From the NCBI RefSeq assembly GCF_004010195.1, contig NC_057717.1:106391127-106455126 (forward strand): DNA of 64,000 nucleotides. The letters are read 5' to 3'. Source of the DNA: Chiloscyllium plagiosum. Lineage: Eukaryota. Within the stretch, counting starts at the first letter, position 1, and each line of letters starts with the position of its first letter. The notes under the pieces were generated by a model that was not told the DNA's origin, did no database searches, and saw only the letters and a list, made by a program, of their open reading frames with translations. This document shows, piece by piece, positions 24,052 through 37,458 of the stretch. A program made the position numbers and the translations under genes.

Positions 24052-24749
24052 CTGTAAAATTCATTCCAATCAAAAATTAAATTATGATAATGAACAACTC
24101 AAAGTTCAAATATTTTTCAAATTCTTCTGCTACTTCTTTCTCTGCAGATTTTAATGTTTAGAATAAAATTGGTTTCTATTTTAAAACCCAGTATCAGTAT
24201 CAAACAGCACCAGGCTAAATAAATAAATAAAAGTGGAATAACTTTTCATGAATGCACTGAAAGAAACAACATTCTGAGAGCTGCTTTTGAGAAATTTCAT
24301 AATTATTTTGGGTTTCTGTTGGGATTCTGAGTAATTGAGGGAAAAAAATGGCCAATACATTTTAGTGAGGAGCTCTTGTCATAGAATAATTATAATATGC
24401 TTTTTAAATACTGGGATATGACCTGAGACATGGGTAATATAAAGAGTAGCAAAGGGAAAGCGTTCCTAGACTGTGTTCAGGAGAATTTTCTCCAGCCGTA
24501 AGTGTCCAGACCAATAAGAAAGGAGCTGTCTTCAGAGAAGAAATGGTCTGGGCACAGTCAAGGTAAATTCCCACAAATGGGAAAAGGGAGACAAACAAAT
24601 GCAGATCTCCCTTGATGTCAAAGGAGATGGATATTCAGTAAAGGATGTGTGTTTATGACATGTGTCAGGTAGTAATTACAGTTGCGAACCAAGTACAATA
24701 CAGAAGGTTCAGAAGTGATGTTAAAAAGCAAAATGAGAAACAGATTTGT

Positions 24750-25712
24750 GGACTCATCCGCTTTATCCTTGATCACAATGTCTTCACCTTAGACAACCAG
24801 TTCTTCATCCAGACACATNNNNNNNNNNNNNNNNNNNNNNNNNNNNNNNNNNNNNNNNNNNNNNNNNNNNNNNNNNNNNNNNNNNNNNNNNNNNNNNNNN
24901 NNNNNNNNNNNNNNNNNNNNNNNNNNNNNNNNNNNNNNNNNNNNNNNNNNNNNNNNNNNNNNNNNNNNNNNNNNNNNNNNNNNNNNNNNNNNNNNNNNNN
25001 NNNNNNNNNNNNNNNNNNNNNNNNNNNNNNNNNNNNNNNNNNNNNNNNNNNNNNNNNNNNNNNNNNNNNNNNNNNNNNNNNNNNNNNNNNNNNNNNNNNN
25101 NNNNNNNNNNNNNNNNNNNNNNNNNNNNNNNNNNNNNNNNNNNNNNNNNNNNNNNNNNNNNNNNNNNNNNNNNNNNNNNNNNNNNNNNNNNNNNNNNNNN
25201 NNNNNNNNNNNNNNNNNNNNNNNNNNNNNNNNNNNNNNNNNNNNNNNNNNNNNNNNNNNNNNNNNNNNNNNNNNNNNNNNNNNNNNNNNNNNNNNNNNNN
25301 NNNNNNNNNNNNNNNNNNNNNNNNNNNNNNNNNNNNNNNNNNNNNNNNNNNNNNNNNNNNNNNNNNNNNNNNNNNNNNNNNNNNNNNNNNNNNNNNNNNN
25401 NNNNNNNNNNNNNNNNNNNNNNNNNNNNNNNNNNNNNNNNNNNNNNNNNNNNNNNNNNNNNNNNNNNNNNNNNNNNNNNNNNNNNNNNNNNNNNNNNNNN
25501 NNNNNNNNNNNNNNNNNNNNNNNNNNNNNNNNNNNNNNNNNNNNNNNNNNNNNNNNNNNNNNNNNNNNNNNNNNNNNNNNNNNNNNNNNNNNNNNNNNNN
25601 NNNNNNNNNNNNNNNNNNNNGTGCTTCCAATTAAACCTGTTGGACTATAACCTGGTGTTGTGTGATTTTTAACTTTGTACACCCCAGTCCAACACCAGCA
25701 TTTCTAAATCAT
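24750..25712 (+). mobile_element. Penelope-like element (RT fragment, N-gap, terminus)
   Basis: LIRFILDHNVFTLDNQFFIQTH; terminus aaacctgttggactataacctggtgttgtgtgatttt. Confidence 0.8.
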
Positions 25713-26529
25713 GACTTCTTCAAAAAGGTTGTAAAGATTGAACCAGCAATTACAGACTCATCAGTTAAACTTTGGCAATGTGAAACAATTGCTGATAAAA
25801 CAATTAATCATCATATGAAAATACTTTATAGATGTGGAAGAATCTGCATGGTTTTTTTTTTAAAGAGTCACTTTAGATCTGTTGGCTGGATGGTTGGTTT
25901 ATGAAGCATTGTGATACCGACAGTCTGGGTTCAATTCCCATCACCAGCTTTGGTTACTATGAAAGACTCTCCTTTTCAGAATCTCCCCTCATCTGAGGCA
26001 AGGTGATCCTCAAGGTATATCACCATGAGTCATCTCTCTCTAAGGGGAGAGTAGCCCTTTGGTCTGGTCAGACAACGTTGACACAATAATATCAACAACA
26101 AAATAAAGGAAAAGTAGTGTCTAAGTAACTTGGAGTAGTTTAAAGACTCTGATAGAAATAGTTGATGCGGACAAAGATGTTGAATAGGTGTACAGGCTTC
26201 CAAAAGGTGTTTGATACTGTACCACACAACAGATGTTTGAGGAAAGTGATAGGTCATGGAATAAAAGGGACTATACCAATGAGGATACAAACTTGGCTGA
26301 GTGACATGAAATGGAGAGTAACAGTTAATGAATACTTTTCAGGCTGGAAGGCTTGTGGTAGAGTTCCCCACAGTGTGGTATAAATACCTCTAATTGTATT
26401 GTTGTAAATGTTCTAGATCTTGTGTAAGGTACAATTCCAAAATGTGTTCATGTCACAAAATGTGGAAGCATTGTAAACTGTGAGGAGGACAATGTCAAGG
26501 TAATCTATAAGGGCTGAAGTAGGCAGATG

Positions 26530-27030
26530 GGTGACAGAGGCAGTGGCACAGTGGTATACAGTTAGCAACAAGTTGTCCTGGGATGCTTCAACATTGAATC
26601 TGGACCCCAGAAAGTAACATGACATTTGGTCAAACATGGACAAGGAAACCTCCTGCTGATGGCCATAATCCCCTCCTGTTCTGAATTTGTACTCCTTCAC
26701 CTTGGACATCATTTAAAGGAAGCACTAAGGTTAGCCGGGTGCAGAATGTATTCTGGGTGGGACACTTCAATGTCCATTGCCTAGAGTGACTTGGCAGCAT
26801 TACCACTGACTGAGCTGTTCACTAGACTGGGTCTGTGGAAGGTCAAGAGAAAACCAATGAGAGGGACAAGCAAACTTGACCTCATCTCTACCAATTTACC
26901 AGCTGCAGATTAGTCTATCCAAGACAGTAGGAGTGATCACCACGCAGTCCTCATGGAGACAAAATGCTGTTTCCACATTGAGGATACCCTTCATCGTGTT
27001 GTGGGCTCCATTAGTGTGCTAAATGGAATA
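26530..27030 (+). mobile_element. Old LINE endonuclease fragment (CR1/L2 group)
   Basis: Decayed APE motifs (GQGNLLL, WVG.FNVH, LDLI.TN). Confidence 0.6.
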
Positions 27031-27330
27031 CATGACTTGGAGGTGCCGGTGTTGGACTGGGGTGGACAAGTTTAAAAATCACACAACACCAGGTTATAGT
27101 CCAACGGGTTTATTTGGAAGCACTAGCTATCGGAGCGTCGTTCCTTTATCAGGTGGTTGTGGAGAATAAGATCATGATTACAGAATTTATAGCCAAGAGA
27201 GTTCAGTGTTACAGAGATGTGATACATTAAACAGTTTTAGATTAAATCTTTTGATCTTTTAGAATAGGATATGATGGTTTCTGTTCTTTGATATATAAAT
27301 CCCAGAACTTCTTTTAAATTACATACATTT
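27030..27330 (-). mobile_element. PLE terminal fragment (third family)
   Basis: ggtgttggactggggtggacaa...aaaaatcacacaacaccaggttatagtccaac. Confidence 0.8.
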
Positions 27331-27429
27331 CAATTAGATTACAGTTGTCTTGAACGTCCCTCACCTCAGCACCAAGAACTTGTGCTGCTAAGCCAATGAG
27401 GTTACCAGAATGCAACAGTTTTCCCACAT

Positions 27430-29615
27430 GAAAAGAATTCTTGCACAGGCACCTTCCACACCGTCAGGATGGTGTTTAGGACCTGGAATGTCAGGACCCT
27501 TACGGACAGTGATCGACCAGAATACCACACCACCATCATTGCTCAGGAACGCAGGAGCTATGATCCTGACATCACCACCCTGAGTGAAACCTGGTAGGCA
27601 GGGGAAGGACAGCTCAGGGACAAAGGTAGTGACTACACCTTCTTCTGGAAAGGCAAGGCTGAAGGCTTCATCCTGGAGTCGGCTTCACCATCAAAACTGA
27701 ACTGGTGCATGAACTGAAAGGCTCCTCCTTCGGGGTAAATGAATACCTCATGACACTTTGATTCCCCCTTGATGGGAATTAGTATGTCACGATAGTCAGT
27801 GCATATACACCAACTCTCAATGCAGCAGATGAGAACAAGGAGAAATTCTACTCCAACCTTGACCAGTCTCTCTCTCACGGGTCCCTGCAGCAGACAAACT
27901 TATCAACCTTGGCAACCTCAGTGCCAGAGTCAGCAAAAGTGCAGAGCTCTGGGACAATGCGATCAGGAAAGAGGGAGCAGAGATGCAAAACTCCAATGGC
28001 ACCCTTTTCCTGATCAAATGCTGAGAACACAACCTCCTCATCATTCACACACCGTTCCACCAAAGGGACAAATACAGGACAAGGTGACAACACCCCCTCT
28101 CCAAACACCCCACCTCCTTGACTGTGTCATTGTCAGATGAGGGATCAAAAAGATGTTAGAATCACACGTGCCATGACCACAGCCAGCGACTGCTGGATGT
28201 GCCACCACCTGATCCGAGTCAGGATCAACATACTTCCAGACCTGTATCAGAGGAGACAACAGAAGCAATGCCAAAGAACATTCAAAATGGAGACAATGAA
28301 ATCCTCATCCCAACTTAAAGACCGGGAGAAAATAGCCTCATACAATCAACTCGTCTCCACAAACCTAGTGACTCTCAGCAATACCGTGTCACGGATCCCA
28401 ACAGTCTCTGATCCATCCTTAAGACTGCCATTATCACTGCCTGTAAAATGCCAGTCAGCCAATCCACCAGGAAACACCAGGACTGGTTTGATGAGAATGA
28501 TATGGAGATTAAGGAACTACCAAGCTGGAAGCGCATGGCATTTCTGAGTGTAACACAAAAACTGTATCCTCTATAATGGAAAGGTAGGTTTACAGGTGAC
28601 TGAAGGCTGAGGAACAAAACCAAACCCACAACATAAAAAACGGGTGGAGAAACACTGGAGATCCAATAAATGGCTGACAGCCATGGTGTGATGGGTTTCT
28701 TCTGTGTTGTCAAGATGACATACAGACTAAACAGCCAAGGCCTCACTCCACTGCTGGCCAACGACAGAGTGACTCTTATCAAAGGTAAAGAAACCATCAG
28801 AGACCTCAAGCAGGGCTCTGTCATTGATCTGAGCATTCTTGAATGCATCCTACAGCATTCTACACACCATGGGCTCAGCAATACCCCAGCCCTGCACGAA
28901 ATAGAGAAGACTGTCCGCCATCTTAAGAACACTCAGACAGTTAGAGGAGACAGTACACCCACTAAGGTATTGAAGTGCAGAGGCAAAGATCTACTGTTGA
29001 ATTTCCACACCTTTGTCTGCCTTATCTGGAATGAGGAGAGCATCCCAGGACAGCTCTGAGATGCCGTAGTTCTGACCACTTTCAAAAAAGGAACAAGTCC
29101 AAATGTGGTAACTACAGGAGAATCTCCCTGCTATTGATGCCAAGGTCCTCCATAAATATTTCCTCCCTGTGGCTGAGGAGCTCCTGCCAGTGTCACAGTG
29201 TGGTTTTCAGCCATGGAGAGGCACAATGGACATGATTTTCATCGTGCGACAGCTGCAGGCGAAATGCAGAGACAAAAACCTCCCCTGGAATTGGCTGCCT
29301 TCGAACCTACAAAGGCCTTTGACACTGTCTTTGAGCATATGCAGGGTCCTTTTCTGTTTTGATTGTACCATGAAGTTTGTCACCATCCTTCACCTGCTCC
29401 AGGACAAAGTGGAAGTCAATGGTCAAAGACCATCAAAAGTGGAGGAGGAGCATCCAGAAAGGTATCGAGCATCTCCAGCCTTGTATGGCAGAAAATGGAA
29501 GCCAGGCCACAACATCAAAAGCAGTGCGCTGCCACACCAACACTCCACCCACCCCTTCCCCAGGTCACCACCACCTCCCTGGGAGGTGAAAAGAGTCATC
29601 TTCATCTACTAGCAA
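27430..29615 (+). mobile_element. RTE-clade LINE, degenerate
   Basis: TWNVRTL, LSETW, SDCW..HHLI, GNYR.ISLL, LPVSQCGFQPWRGTMDMIFIVRQLQ. Confidence 0.85.
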
Positions 29616-30305
29616 CCACCAACAATGATGGGTCGCATGTTGTGAGATGTAGTCAAGAGCACTCACCTCCATGGTTACACTTTAGGAAAGGAGTGATAGC
29701 CTGGTGGATAATGTAAAAGAGAGTCAATAAAATGGGACAAGGGATGAGCGGCTTCTCTTATGCGGAAAGAATGGAAAAGTTGGGATTTTGCCAATCAGGC
29801 AGTGAGGGTCAAGAGAATGTTCTGATAGTCATGTTCAAGATAATGAACCAATTGTAGACAAATAAAGAGGAGTTTTTTTAGTGGCAAAATGTTTGATAAT
29901 TATGAGACACAGATTTAAGGTGATTAAAAAAGGAACAAATGTGATGTGATTGTTTTTTTAAAGAAAGCTGTTGATTGTTTTCTAGCATGAATAGTGGAAG
30001 CAGATGCATTAGTGTCTTTCACAGGATAGTTGGAAAAATATTTGAAGGGGAAACACACACTCACATGATTGCACTCTGTGGCACAATGCACCGGGGTAAT
30101 AATGGACAGTGTCCTCACATATCCTGACCCCAGGATCTGTATCCCTTTGGTCTCAGTGACAAAGGAGCTGCTGCAGGGCAGTCCCTGTGTGAGGAGACCA
30201 ATTCAAATTGGTTCGGACTAAGAGGAAATTGGGATGAGGATTTCATTGTCTCCATTTTGAAAAAAAATCCCACTAACGTTTTGTGAGGAAAATAATGCTA
30301 CTTAC

Positions 30306-30593
30306 ACAGGACATGGAGGGTTTCAATCTGTTGTTTTATAACAGGGCTTGTCATTGACTGATCTTGAAGTTTCAGTTCAGCTTCACAGATATACTGCTGT
30401 CCATCCAGCTTAGCTTGAGCTTCTACTGTATGAGAGATAGTGAGCCCAGTACTGCTTGATCCATTCACTAATGTGTCATTTCCTTTCTTCAGTCTGAGTT
30501 CAAGATCCCCTGAGACATTTAACACAAGGCATGTAATATTAACCAGATTTCCTTCCTGGCTGGTTGGTACTTGGATTTCAGGGGAAGAGAAAG
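30306..30593 (-). CDS. ICAM/VCAM-like gene D, Ig domain 4 exon
   Basis: tttttag| and |gtaagt; 288 nt, phase 1-1, open. AFSSPEIQVPTSQEGNLVNITCLV...LDGQQYICEAELKL...TLHVL. Confidence 0.9.
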
Positions 30594-31361
30594 CTAAAAA
30601 TAATAGAACGATACTGTTAGAAACATTGTTGTATCTAGTAGTCCCTCAGTGTGAGGTTAATAACAATGAAACAAAGGCAGATTGCATTTCGTGCTCTTGC
30701 TCATCCTCTGCTTCATTGCTGTATCAGGGAGATGTACAAAGCCCTACATCATCTTTCCATGTTCCTTCAGTATCTGCAGTATCATAGTCAACATTCAATC
30801 CTGACCCAAACTCACCAAAAATGTATTCTGCTCGTTTCTGTTTGTAGAATCCTGAAATCTGTATTTATTTAAATGCAGATTTATTTATTACCGCCTGTTT
30901 CTTCCACACGGTATATTCCTGATTGGTGTATGTTTTTGCACCCCTGCAGTTTTTAGGGTACATTGGTTGTTTAAACATTTAAACATTCTCTTGTGATCCT
31001 GGAATACTAAGTGTGAGTAACACTCACCTATGAGCAGCGCATACAATGTCAATCACATTATCTCAGGATCTCGGAATACCTCGAGTCATTAAGACTTTCT
31101 CAGAATGCTTTTCATTGACAGAGGGTCATATAGAATATATGGCACAGAAACAGACCATTCCAACTAATTAGCCAATGTTTATGCTTTACTCAACCAAGTG
31201 TCTGAGTATACAAACATTTCCACAAGCTTCCCAATTTGTTACTCAATGAAAAGGATTTTATTACTGAAAGTGGTGGAAATGCTGACATGTTGTATTGTTG
31301 ACAGTGATGAACTATCAGAATGTTGTCTGATTTTGAACTCCCCCACAACCAGAATTCTTAC

Positions 31362-31655
31362 CATACACCTCAATGAAAGCACTATTATTCTTTGGGGGAA
31401 TTGATGGATATTTCTCAAAATCGGCCATACAGACGACTTCCATCAGACCAGATTCCTGTGGTGTCCATGCTGCTGTTATTCGGACAGTGTTGGAATTTGG
31501 CCTTGTGGTATCTGAGTTCAGTTCCACACCATCCTGAAACCATCTTACTCTCATCTTTTCAGCAGGATAGACATTTGAGACCTCACATGTTAATGTGACC
31601 TCTTGCTTCACTTCTTTGGGTCTTTTGTCCAGAATTATAGGCTGATCCATGAAAG
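31362..31655 (-). CDS. ICAM/VCAM-like gene D, Ig domain 3 exon
   Basis: ttacag| and |gtaaga; 294 nt, phase 1-1, open. AFMDQP...VTLTCEVSNVYPAEKMRVRWFQDG...VVCMADF...IEVY. Confidence 0.9.
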
Positions 31656-31789
31656 CTGTAATTCAGACAAGAAATTCACTTCATTTTAATTTGCCGCAGT
31701 GTGTTTCTGTTTTTAATGGACAGAGTGGAAAACTGACCAGTGTAGGTATTAGATAATACACCACCCCAGGAATATATCACATTCACTCA

Positions 31790-32106
31790 TAGTCAAAAAA
31801 CTGGAGGCGCCTCCAGGCCATAGTGCACTTTGAGAAGGAACTGTTAATGCCAATCATGGTGTGCAATTGACAAATTTGTCTGATATTTTTGACAATTATC
31901 CACAGGATAAGGGCATTACAGGCTGGACCAGCACTTATTACCCATCTAGTCATAAAACTGGAGTCATCTGCAGGAGGCCATAGTGCACTTTGAGAAGTAA
32001 CTGTTAATGCCAATCGTGGTGTGCAATTGACAAATTTGTCTGATATTTTTGACAATTATCCACAGGATAAGGGCATTACAGGCTGGACCAGCACTTATTA
32101 CCCATC
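31790..32106. repeat. Tandem duplication of ~160 bp
   Basis: 31790-31946 approximately equals 31947-32106. Confidence 0.9.
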
Positions 32107-32566
32107 CCTAATTGCCCAGAGGACAGTTCAGAATCAACCACGTTGCTGTAGGTCTGGGCCAGACAAGGTAAGGATGGCAGTTTCCTTCCCTGAAGGACAT
32201 TAGTGAACCAGATCAGTTTGTACACCAATCAGCAATGGATTCATGGTCATCATTAGGCTGTTAATTCCAGATTTTTTTTTGTTGGATTCTGATTCCTCTA
32301 CCGCAGGATTCAAATCTAGGTCATGGGAACATTATCTAGATCTCTGGATTAACGGTCCAGGAATAATATGTTTAGGCCAGCACCTCAATTCAAAACCACA
32401 AAACAGCTCAGCTATTTTAGTTTTAAATTAATTCTTGCTACTTTTCAACTATTAAGGCCTTTGACCATCGTGTATGTCAGTTTCGTGTATGTCAGTCACT
32501 CTGAGCAGTACAGGCTGATGCACTCCTGATTTACCTTCGCTTTGATCTTTACTTGCATCTGTCTAG

Positions 32567-33295
32567 AATATCCTTCTTAAGGGGGAGGGTGAGCAGCTAG
32601 AGGTCATGGTACACATCCATACCAGTGACATAGCTCGGAAAAGGGATGAGGACCTGAAAAGTGAACATAGGGAGTTAGTTTGGAATCTAAAAGGCAGAAT
32701 GAGCAGAGTAGTAATCTCAGGATTGCTACCAGTGCCACGGGCTAGTGAGGCTAGGAACAGAGAGCGAGTGCAGATGAACATGTGCCTGCAGGGCTGGTGG
32801 AGGAGGGAGGGCTTCAGATATTTGGGTCATTGAGATACCTTCTGGGGAAGGTGAGATCTGTACAAGGAGGACGGGTTGCACCTAAACTGAAGGGGCACCA
32901 GTATCCTAGGCAGGAGGTTGGTTAGAGCTCTGGGGAGGGCTTAACTAGATTGGCAGAAGGATGACAACTGGAGTTACGGACCAGAGGATGAGGTAGCTGG
33001 TGAACAGGCAAATACAGTGTGCAGAGAGTCTGTGAGGAAGGATAAACAGTTGATCGGGCAAAGTTGCAGTCAGTGTGATGGGTTGACATGTGTCTAATTT
33101 AATACAAGAAGTATCAGGAATTATGATGGTGAACTTAGACTATGGATTCGTACTTGGAGCTACAATGTTGTGGCCATTATGGAGATTTGGATATCACAGG
33201 AGCAGGAATGTTTGCTGGATGTTCTAGGGTTTAGATATTTCAAAAGGAATAGAGAGGCAGGTCAAAGAGGTGGGGAAATGGCATTGCTAATCAGG
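32567..33295 (+). mobile_element. CR1 LINE (ORF1 end, APE start), cut by a gap
   Basis: VVISGLLPVPRASEARN; WISQEQECLLDVLGFRYFKRNRE...ALLIR. Confidence 0.9.
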
Positions 33296-33795
33296 NNNNN
33301 NNNNNNNNNNNNNNNNNNNNNNNNNNNNNNNNNNNNNNNNNNNNNNNNNNNNNNNNNNNNNNNNNNNNNNNNNNNNNNNNNNNNNNNNNNNNNNNNNNNN
33401 NNNNNNNNNNNNNNNNNNNNNNNNNNNNNNNNNNNNNNNNNNNNNNNNNNNNNNNNNNNNNNNNNNNNNNNNNNNNNNNNNNNNNNNNNNNNNNNNNNNN
33501 NNNNNNNNNNNNNNNNNNNNNNNNNNNNNNNNNNNNNNNNNNNNNNNNNNNNNNNNNNNNNNNNNNNNNNNNNNNNNNNNNNNNNNNNNNNNNNNNNNNN
33601 NNNNNNNNNNNNNNNNNNNNNNNNNNNNNNNNNNNNNNNNNNNNNNNNNNNNNNNNNNNNNNNNNNNNNNNNNNNNNNNNNNNNNNNNNNNNNNNNNNNN
33701 NNNNNNNNNNNNNNNNNNNNNNNNNNNNNNNNNNNNNNNNNNNNNNNNNNNNNNNNNNNNNNNNNNNNNNNNNNNNNNNNNNNNNNNNNNNNNNN
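33296..33795. other. Assembly gap, exactly 500 N
   Basis: Counted directly; the other gaps (14100-14597, 16760-17096, 24819-25620, 58123-59003) have irregular sizes. Confidence 0.98.
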
Positions 33796-34627
33796 GGACT
33801 TTGTTAAGTGTTTATAGGAAAACATCCTTATTCAACATATGCATGTATCTATTAGGGAAAGAGCAATATTTGATCTCCTGTTAGGAAACAAAGCAAGTGA
33901 CTGAGGTGTCAGTGGAGGAGCACTTTGAAGCAAGTGATCATAATTTTATTTGTCTTAAAATAATTATAAAAAAGTATAGAACTGATCAAAAAATTAAAGC
34001 TCTAAGTTAGGGCAAGGCCAATGTTGATGGTATTATGTTCCTGTTCGTGCAAAGGGCAAGGCTGGTAGGTGTAGGGAATGCTGGATGACTAGAGAAATTG
34101 AGTCTCTGGTTAGAAAAAGGAGGTATATGTCGGGTATAGACAGCTGGGATTGAGTGAATCCCTAGACTAGTATCAGGGCAGTAGGAGGGAAATCAGGAAG
34201 GCAAAAAAGGGACAAGTGATAGCTTTGGCAAATGTCTTGGAGAGAGTTAACATTATAGAAGAGGATGTGCTGGAGGTCTTAAAATTCAAATAGGCAGATA
34301 AATCTGTCAGACCTGATCAAGTGTATCACAGAACTTTGTGGGAAGCCACGGCACAGATTACAGGGATAGAATCCCTACAGTCTGGATATTTGTATCATCA
34401 ATAGGGTGGGCACTGGAAGACTGGAGTTTGGCTAATGTGGTGACATTATTTAAGAATAGGATGTAAGGAAAAAGTGGGGAATTATAGACTGATGAGCCTT
34501 ACGTCAGTGGGGGGGCAAGTTATTGGAGGAGATTCTGAGGAACAGGATCTACATGCATTTGGAAAAGCAAAGACTGATTAGGGATCGACAACATGGCTTG
34601 GTGCATGGGAAATAGTGTCTCACTAAT
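33796..34627 (+). mobile_element. CR1 LINE fragment (subfamily of 15075/43816)
   Basis: DFVKC...DLLLGNK...; ggctggtaggtgtagggaatgctggatgact shared with ~44250. Confidence 0.85.
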
Positions 34628-36880
34628 TACATAGAACATAGATCAGTACAGCACAGTACAGGCCCTTCAGCCCTCGATGTTGTGCTGACCTGGAAGATCA
34701 AACTAACCTACATTCCCTTCATTCCACTATTATCCATGTGCCTATCCAAGAGTCGCTTAGATGTCCCGAATGTATCTGACACTACTACCACTGCTGGCAG
34801 TGCATTCTACACACACACCACTCTCTGTGTAAAGAACTACCTCTGACATCTCCTCTAAACCTTCCTCCAAACACCTTACAATTATGTCCTTCATGATATT
34901 CATTTCCGCTCTAGAAAAAATTCTTGGACTATTCACTCTATCTATACCTCTCATCATCTTGTACACCTCTGTCAAGTCATCTCTCATCCTTCTTTGCTCC
35001 AATGAGAAAAACCCTTGCTCCCTCAACCTTTCTTCATAAGACATGCTCTCCAGTCCAGGCAGCATCCTGGTAAATCTTCTCTGCACTCTCTATAAAGCTT
35101 CCGATAACGAGGCAACCAGAACTGAACACAATATTCCAAGTGTGGTCTAACCAGGGCTCTACAGAGCTGCAGCACAACTTTACAGCTCTTAAACTCAATT
35201 CCCCTGCTAATGAAAGGCAACATACCGTGTAACTTCTTAACAACCCTATCAATTTGGGTGACAAATATGAGGGATCTATGGACATGGACCCCAAGATTGC
35301 TCTGTTCCTCTACACTGCCAAGAATCCTGCCTTTAATCCTATATTTTGTATTCAAATTCAAACTTCCAAAATGAATCATTTCACATTTTTCAGGTTGAAC
35401 TCCATCTGCCACTTCTCAGCCCAGCTCTGCATCCTGTCAATGTCCCGTTGCAACTACACCAGCCCTCCAAACTATCAACCACTCCACAAACGGTCATGCC
35501 ATTGTCAAACTTATTAACCCACCCTTCTACTTCCTCACCAAGTCATTTCTAAAAATCACAAAGAGCAGAGGCCACAGAACAGATCCCTATGGAACATCAC
35601 TGGTCACCGAGCTCCAGGCTGAATACTTTCCATCTACTACCACCCTCTGTCCTCTATTGGCCAGCCAATTCTGTGTCCAGACAGGAAATATCCCTGTAAC
35701 CTATGCTTCCTTACTTTCTGAATGCCCCTACCATGAGGTACCTTATCAAATGCTTTGCTAAAATCCATTTACATCATATCCATTACTCTACCTTCATCAA
35801 TGTTTTTTGTCATATCCTTCAACAAAGCTTGTGAGGCATGACCCGCAACTCACAAAGCCATGCTATCTCTAATGAAACTATGGTTTTCCAAGTAATCATC
35901 AGTCCTGTCTCTCAGAATCTCTCCAATAATTTGCCCACTACAGACATAAGACTGACTGGTCTGTAATTCCCAGAATTATCCCTATTCGCTTTTGTAAACA
36001 AGGGAATAACATTTGCCACCCTCCAATCATCTGCTACTACTCCAGTGGACAGTGAGGACATAGATCATCACCAAAGGCACAGCAATCTCTTCCCTTGCTC
36101 CCTGTAGTAATCTTAGGTATATCCCATCTGGCCCATCATTTCAGCACATCCTCTTTCTTAACATCAAACTGTTGAAGCATATCAGCCTGCTTTAAGCTGT
36201 CCTCACAAAGGTAAAAGTCCCTCTCAGTAGTGATTACTGAAGCAAAGTAATCATGAAGGACCTCCCCTACCTCCTCCGACTCCAGGCACAAGGTCCCTCC
36301 ACTATCCCTGATCTACTTTGACTCTGGCCATCCTCTTGTTCCTCACATAAGTGTAGAATTCCTTAGGGTTTTCCTTAATCCAATCGCTAAAGCATTTTCA
36401 TGCCCCCATCTAGCTCTCATAAATCCATTCTTCAGTTCTTTCCTGGCTATCTCGTAACTCTCTGGAGCCCTGTCTGATCCTTGCCTCCTCAACCTTAAGT
36501 AAGCTTCATTATTTCTCTCGATTAGATCTTCCACATTTCTTGTCATCCAAGGTTCCTTCACCCTACCATCCCTTTCTTGCCTCAGTGGGACAAACCTGTC
36601 CAGCATTATCAGCAAGTGCTCCCTAAACAACCTCCACATTTCTGTTGTGCATTTTTCTGTTCCCAATTTAGACACAGCAGTTCCAGGGTAATAGTACTGT
36701 AATTCCCCCTCTCCTAGTTAAATACTTTCCCAAACCATCTAATCCTATCCCTCTCCATGACGATAGTAAAAGTTTCTCACTATCATCGAAATGCTCTCCC
36801 ACCAAGAGATTTGACACCTGACCTGGTTCCTAGCCAACTACCAAATCCAATATGGCCTCCCCTCTAGCTGGCCTACCTAC
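34628..36880 (-). mobile_element. CR1 LINE ORF2 to 3' end
   Basis: LVRPHLEYCVQFW, QRRFTRMLPGL, (ttctatg)n-like tail. Confidence 0.92.
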
Positions 36881-36882
36881 AC

Positions 36883-37458
36883 GGTAAAAACAATGACTGC
36901 AGATGCTGGAAACCAGATTCTGGATTAGTGGTGCTGGAAGAGCACAGCAGTTCAGGCAGCATCCAAGGAGCAGTGAAATTGACGTTTCGGGCAAAAGCCC
37001 TTCATCAGGAATTCCTGATCTAATCTAATCTAATCTTTCGGAGCACTGCTTCTTTGTCAGGCAGCTAGTGGGGCAGGATTATAGGACACAGAACTTATAG
37101 TGAACGATCAAGCTGTCATAAACCGATGCAATATTTTGAACAAACCTAGATGGCTGTTAAGTCTTTAATCACTTAAAATGGGTTGCAGGTTTCAATTCAT
37201 TAATATGTAAATCCCAGAACTTCTTTCAAGTCACTATCATGAGATAACTTAAGGTGTTATAAAAAAGGTGACATCTCAGCTCAGACAATGCATTAAAGGT
37301 GTGAGGTTAGAGTCTTGTCTGTATTCCAACCTTGAATCAGACTGGTTCTATTTCCAAAGTAGGAATTTATAAAATTTCACATGGACTGACTGCCTACAGC
37401 TTGTGTGTTTTTTGAACAATATGGAATATATCTGCAAATACAATTCTGCAAATGCAAA
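36883..37458 (-). mobile_element. Stacked PLE terminal fragments (two families)
   Basis: Match the termini seen at 369-491 and 20365-21055. Confidence 0.8.
36981..37008 (-). ncRNA. Minimal hammerhead ribozyme motif (second PLE family)
   Basis: Minus strand CTGATGA-A-GGGC TTTT GCCC-GAAA-CGTC. Confidence 0.7.
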
